Of a stretch of DNA of 64,000 bases, positions 61,114 to 64,000 are shown one piece after another. The stretch's first letter is position 1; each line of letters starts with the position of its first letter. This DNA is from Pseudomonadota bacterium (GTDB lineage Bacteria; Pseudomonadota; Alphaproteobacteria; Rhizobiales; MH13): assembly GCA_039814945.1 (NCBI GenBank), contig JBCCAF010000004.1:258380-322379 (forward strand), read 5' to 3'. Under the pieces are notes generated by a model. The model saw nothing but the letters and a program-made list of their open reading frames with translations, had not been told where the DNA came from and did no database searches. Made by a program: the position numbers and the translations under genes.

Positions 61114-61665
61114 ATGACGCTCACCATTCTTGATGGGATCGTTTTGGCGGTCGTATTGCTTTCCGCTATTTTGGCCATGATGCGCGGCTTCTTGCGCGAA
61201 GTGCTGTCCATTGGCTCATGGGCGGCCGCCGCTGCAGGTGCTTACTTCCTCTACCCAACGCTTTTGCCGTTCGCCAAACAGTACATCACCGAAGACGTGT
61301 TCGCGACGGCTGCCGTCATCGGCATTTTGTTCTTCCTTATTTTGATCATCGTCTCCTACCTCACGATGAAACTCTCAGATGTTGTGGCCGACTCGGCCAT
61401 TGGGCCGCTCGACCGCACACTCGGCTTTCTCTACGGCGCCGCACGCGCAGTTCTTCTATTCGTCATCGCGGCGCTGTTTTTCAATTTCTTCATTCCGGAA
61501 AATCCTCCCCAGTGGGTGGCCGATTCACGTTCCAAGCCGTTCTTGGATGAGTTGGGGGCAGAGCTGCTTGCCATCTTGCCAGATGATCCTGAAGGGCAGA
61601 TCATCGACCGTATTCGTGGCAATGACGATGAAGATGAAACGGCTGTCCCCAGCACCGGCACGTGA
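61114..61665 (+). CDS. cvpA: CvpA (colicin V production) family protein
   Basis: RGFLREVLSIGSW, LDRTLGFLYGAAR; upstream of purF. Confidence 0.92.
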   Translation: MTLTILDGIVLAVVLLSAILAMMRGFLREVLSIGSWAAAAAGAYFLYPTLLPFAKQYITEDVFATAAVIGILFFLILIIVSYLTMKLSDVVADSAIGPLDRTLGFLYGAARAVLLFVIAALFFNFFIPENPPQWVADSRSKPFLDELGAELLAILPDDPEGQIIDRIRGNDDEDETAVPSTGT

Positions 61666-61751
61666 TGATCGGGTGCCGCTGCTTTGTGGATTGTGTGACC
61701 GCCGCTAACCTCATCACGCCACACGACGCCATCGCTGAAAGGGCCTGACCC

Positions 61752-63197
61752 ATGGTCGCCTACACTGCGCACGATGATCACTTTCATGATGAGTGCGGCG
61801 TTTTTGGTGTTTTTGGACATCCCGATGCCGCCGCGCTGACAGCCCTTGGGCTTCACGCTTTGCAACATCGCGGCCAAGAAGCAGCTGGCATCGTGTCGTT
61901 CGATGGCCTGCAATTTTTCTCCGAACGCCATATTGGCCTGGTCGGTGATCGGTTTTCCAAACCGGACGTTCTCGGACGCCTGAAGGGCGACCGCACCATT
62001 GGTCATGTGCGCTACTCCACAGCGGGTGGCGCAGGCCTGCGCAACGTGCAGCCGCTGTTTGCTGAGTTCGCTGGTGGTGGGTTCGCGGTGGCGCATAATG
62101 GCAACCTCACCAACGCGCACAAGCTGCAAATCAAACTGCGCCAGCGCGGCTCTATCTTCCAGTCAACCTCGGACACGGAGCCGATCATTCACCTGATCGC
62201 CACCAGCCAGGAAAAGAAGATTGTGTCGCGCCTTACTGATGCTCTGAGCCAGGTGGAAGGTGCTTATTCGCTGATCGCGCTGACGGAAAAGAAGTTAATC
62301 GGTGTGCGCGACCCTCTGGGTGTGCGCCCACTGGTTCTCGGCATGATTGATGATGCCCCAGTGCTGACGTCAGAAACCTGCGCGCTTGATATTATTGGTG
62401 CGGATTTCGTGCGTGACATCGAGCCAGGCGAGATGGTGGTGATCACTGAGGATGGCGTGGAAAGCTACCGACCGTTCGATCCCAAGCCATCGCGCTTCTG
62501 TGTGTTTGAATATGTCTATTTCGCCCGCCCGGATTCCATGGTTGAGGGCCGCAATGTTTATGCGGTGCGCAAGGAGATCGGCGCGGAGCTTTCTCGCGAA
62601 GCACCGGCTGACGTTGATCTGGTGATCCCCGTGCCGGATTCCGGCACGCCAGCGGCTATCGGTTTTGCTGAAGCCTCGGGCATCCCGTTCGATCTGGGCA
62701 TTGTGCGCAACCACTATGTTGGGCGCACGTTTATTGAGCCGACCGATGCTATTCGCAATATGGGCGTCAAGCTGAAGCTGAACCCCAACCGGCTGCTGCT
62801 CGAGGGCAGACGCGTTGTGCTTGTGGATGATTCCATCGTGCGCGGCACCACCTCAAAAAAGATCGTGCAGATGGTGCGCGATGCCGGTGCGCGCGAGGTG
62901 CATATGCGCGTTGCCAGTCCGCCAACGCGCGATGCTTGCTACTATGGGGTCGATACGCCCGAGCGTGATCAACTGATCGCCTCTAGCCAAACGATTGATG
63001 AGATCGGCAGTTCCATTGGCGTGGACAGTTTGGGTTTCCTCACCATCGATGGGCTTTATCGCGCCCTTGGCGAAGCGCGCCGCAATGGCGATGCACCGCA
63101 ATTTTGCGATGCGTGCTTCACCGGCGACTACCCAACCCCCCTCACCGACCGCACAGAAAAGACCGCAAACCGCTTGCGGCTTGTCGAAGCTGACTGA
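61752..63197 (+). CDS. purF: Amidophosphoribosyltransferase
   Basis: ECGVFG, LQHRGQE, GHVRYST, AHNGNL, PVPDSG, VDDSIVRGTT. Confidence 0.97.
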   Translation: MVAYTAHDDHFHDECGVFGVFGHPDAAALTALGLHALQHRGQEAAGIVSFDGLQFFSERHIGLVGDRFSKPDVLGRLKGDRTIGHVRYSTAGGAGLRNVQPLFAEFAGGGFAVAHNGNLTNAHKLQIKLRQRGSIFQSTSDTEPIIHLIATSQEKKIVSRLTDALSQVEGAYSLIALTEKKLIGVRDPLGVRPLVLGMIDDAPVLTSETCALDIIGADFVRDIEPGEMVVITEDGVESYRPFDPKPSRFCVFEYVYFARPDSMVEGRNVYAVRKEIGAELSREAPADVDLVIPVPDSGTPAAIGFAEASGIPFDLGIVRNHYVGRTFIEPTDAIRNMGVKLKLNPNRLLLEGRRVVLVDDSIVRGTTSKKIVQMVRDAGAREVHMRVASPPTRDACYYGVDTPERDQLIASSQTIDEIGSSIGVDSLGFLTIDGLYRALGEARRNGDAPQFCDACFTGDYPTPLTDRTEKTANRLRLVEAD

Positions 63198-63211
63198 CAC
63201 TCGGACCTTTC

Positions 63212-63961
63212 ATGAACCAGCCTGCCAATGATGATGCTCAGCCGATGATCCAGCCCGGCTCCTCTGACGCGCGTGTTGTTGTGGTCACCGGCGCCTCTCG
63301 CGGGATCGGATACGCCATCGCCAAAGCGTTCGGCGCGACCGGTGCTCACGTTGTTGCGGTGGCCCGCACCACCGGCGGGTTGGAAGAGCTGGATGATGCA
63401 ATCACAGCCTCGGGCGGCTCCACAACGCTGGTTCCGCTGGACTTGAAGGATCATGACGCCATCGACCGGATGGGCCTGGCGCTTTACGAACGCTTTGGCC
63501 GGGTTGATGTGCTGATCAGCAATGCCGCCGCTCTCGGTGTCATCACGCCGCTTGGTCATTTGAAGCCGAAGGAATTTGAGACGCTGATGGCCGTCAACGT
63601 CACGGCCAACTATCGCTTGATCCGCTCGATGGATCCGCTTCTACGGCAATCGCAGGCGGGACGGGCGGTGTTTCTCACTTGTGAGGCCGGGCAGTCGGCC
63701 AAGCCGTTCTGGGGCGGATACGCAGCCAGCAAGGCAGCGCTTGAGTCCATGGTGCGAACCTATGCGGCGGAGATGATCAACACGCCAGTTCGGGTGAACC
63801 TGTTTGACCCCGGCCCCGTGCGCACGGCACTGCGCGGCAAAGCGGTGCCGGGCGAAGATCAGGCGGCGCTGCCGCTGCCAGAGGACGTCATCGCGCCGGT
63901 TATGGAGCTCACCAGCCCCACCTATGCTGAAACAGGTCTGCTTTACCAAGGCGCCAACTGA
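63212..63961 (+). CDS. SDR-family oxidoreductase
   Basis: TGASRGIG, YAASK, PGPVRTALR; typical position after purF. Confidence 0.9.
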   Translation: MNQPANDDAQPMIQPGSSDARVVVVTGASRGIGYAIAKAFGATGAHVVAVARTTGGLEELDDAITASGGSTTLVPLDLKDHDAIDRMGLALYERFGRVDVLISNAAALGVITPLGHLKPKEFETLMAVNVTANYRLIRSMDPLLRQSQAGRAVFLTCEAGQSAKPFWGGYAASKAALESMVRTYAAEMINTPVRVNLFDPGPVRTALRGKAVPGEDQAALPLPEDVIAPVMELTSPTYAETGLLYQGAN

Positions 63962-64000
63962 TCGGTTGCACTTTTGTTTTGTCGCGTTTTCGGACGCAAA
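63960..64000 (+). repeat. Possible start of a Hyphomicrobiales dispersed palindromic repeat (truncated by the window end)
   Basis: CTTTTGTTTTGTCGCGTTTTCGGACGCAAA resembles, from memory, the Bru-RS/CIR/RIME-like repeats; only 41 bp are visible. Confidence 0.4.

Overview
GC-rich alphaproteobacterial chromosome segment, most likely Hyphomicrobiales (inferred from gene order and protein style). It is dominated by core genes: phaC, thrC, maeB, aspS, rnd, ppk-ppx, hdaA, purMN, ndk, holC, pepA, lptFGD-surA-pdxA-rsmA, gmk, yicC, mltG, fabF-acpP-fabG-fabD, rpsF-rpsR-rplI, dnaB-alr-radA, cvpA-purF. A few accessory genes are interspersed: two c-di-GMP EAL proteins, a PepSY/membrane-LuxR/ferric-reductase module, a ceramidase-like hydrolase, lrgAB, YHYH, GNAT, GST, YbjN and an orphan chemoreceptor. 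I found no transposase, integrase, phage gene, cas gene, tRNA or rRNA. The most unusual element is a spacer-less array of about 5.7 tandem 35-bp hairpin units. It fills the whole 203-bp gap between the convergent stop codons of an ABC-F ATPase and a YbjN-family gene (34930-35134), and it is neither CRISPR nor coding. Next is a PHA synthase with a ~110-140 aa histone-H1-like Ala/Lys/Thr N-terminal extension resembling the DNA-binding tails of PhaF/PhaM. All calls come from reading the sequence without tools, so family assignments need HMM/BLAST confirmation.
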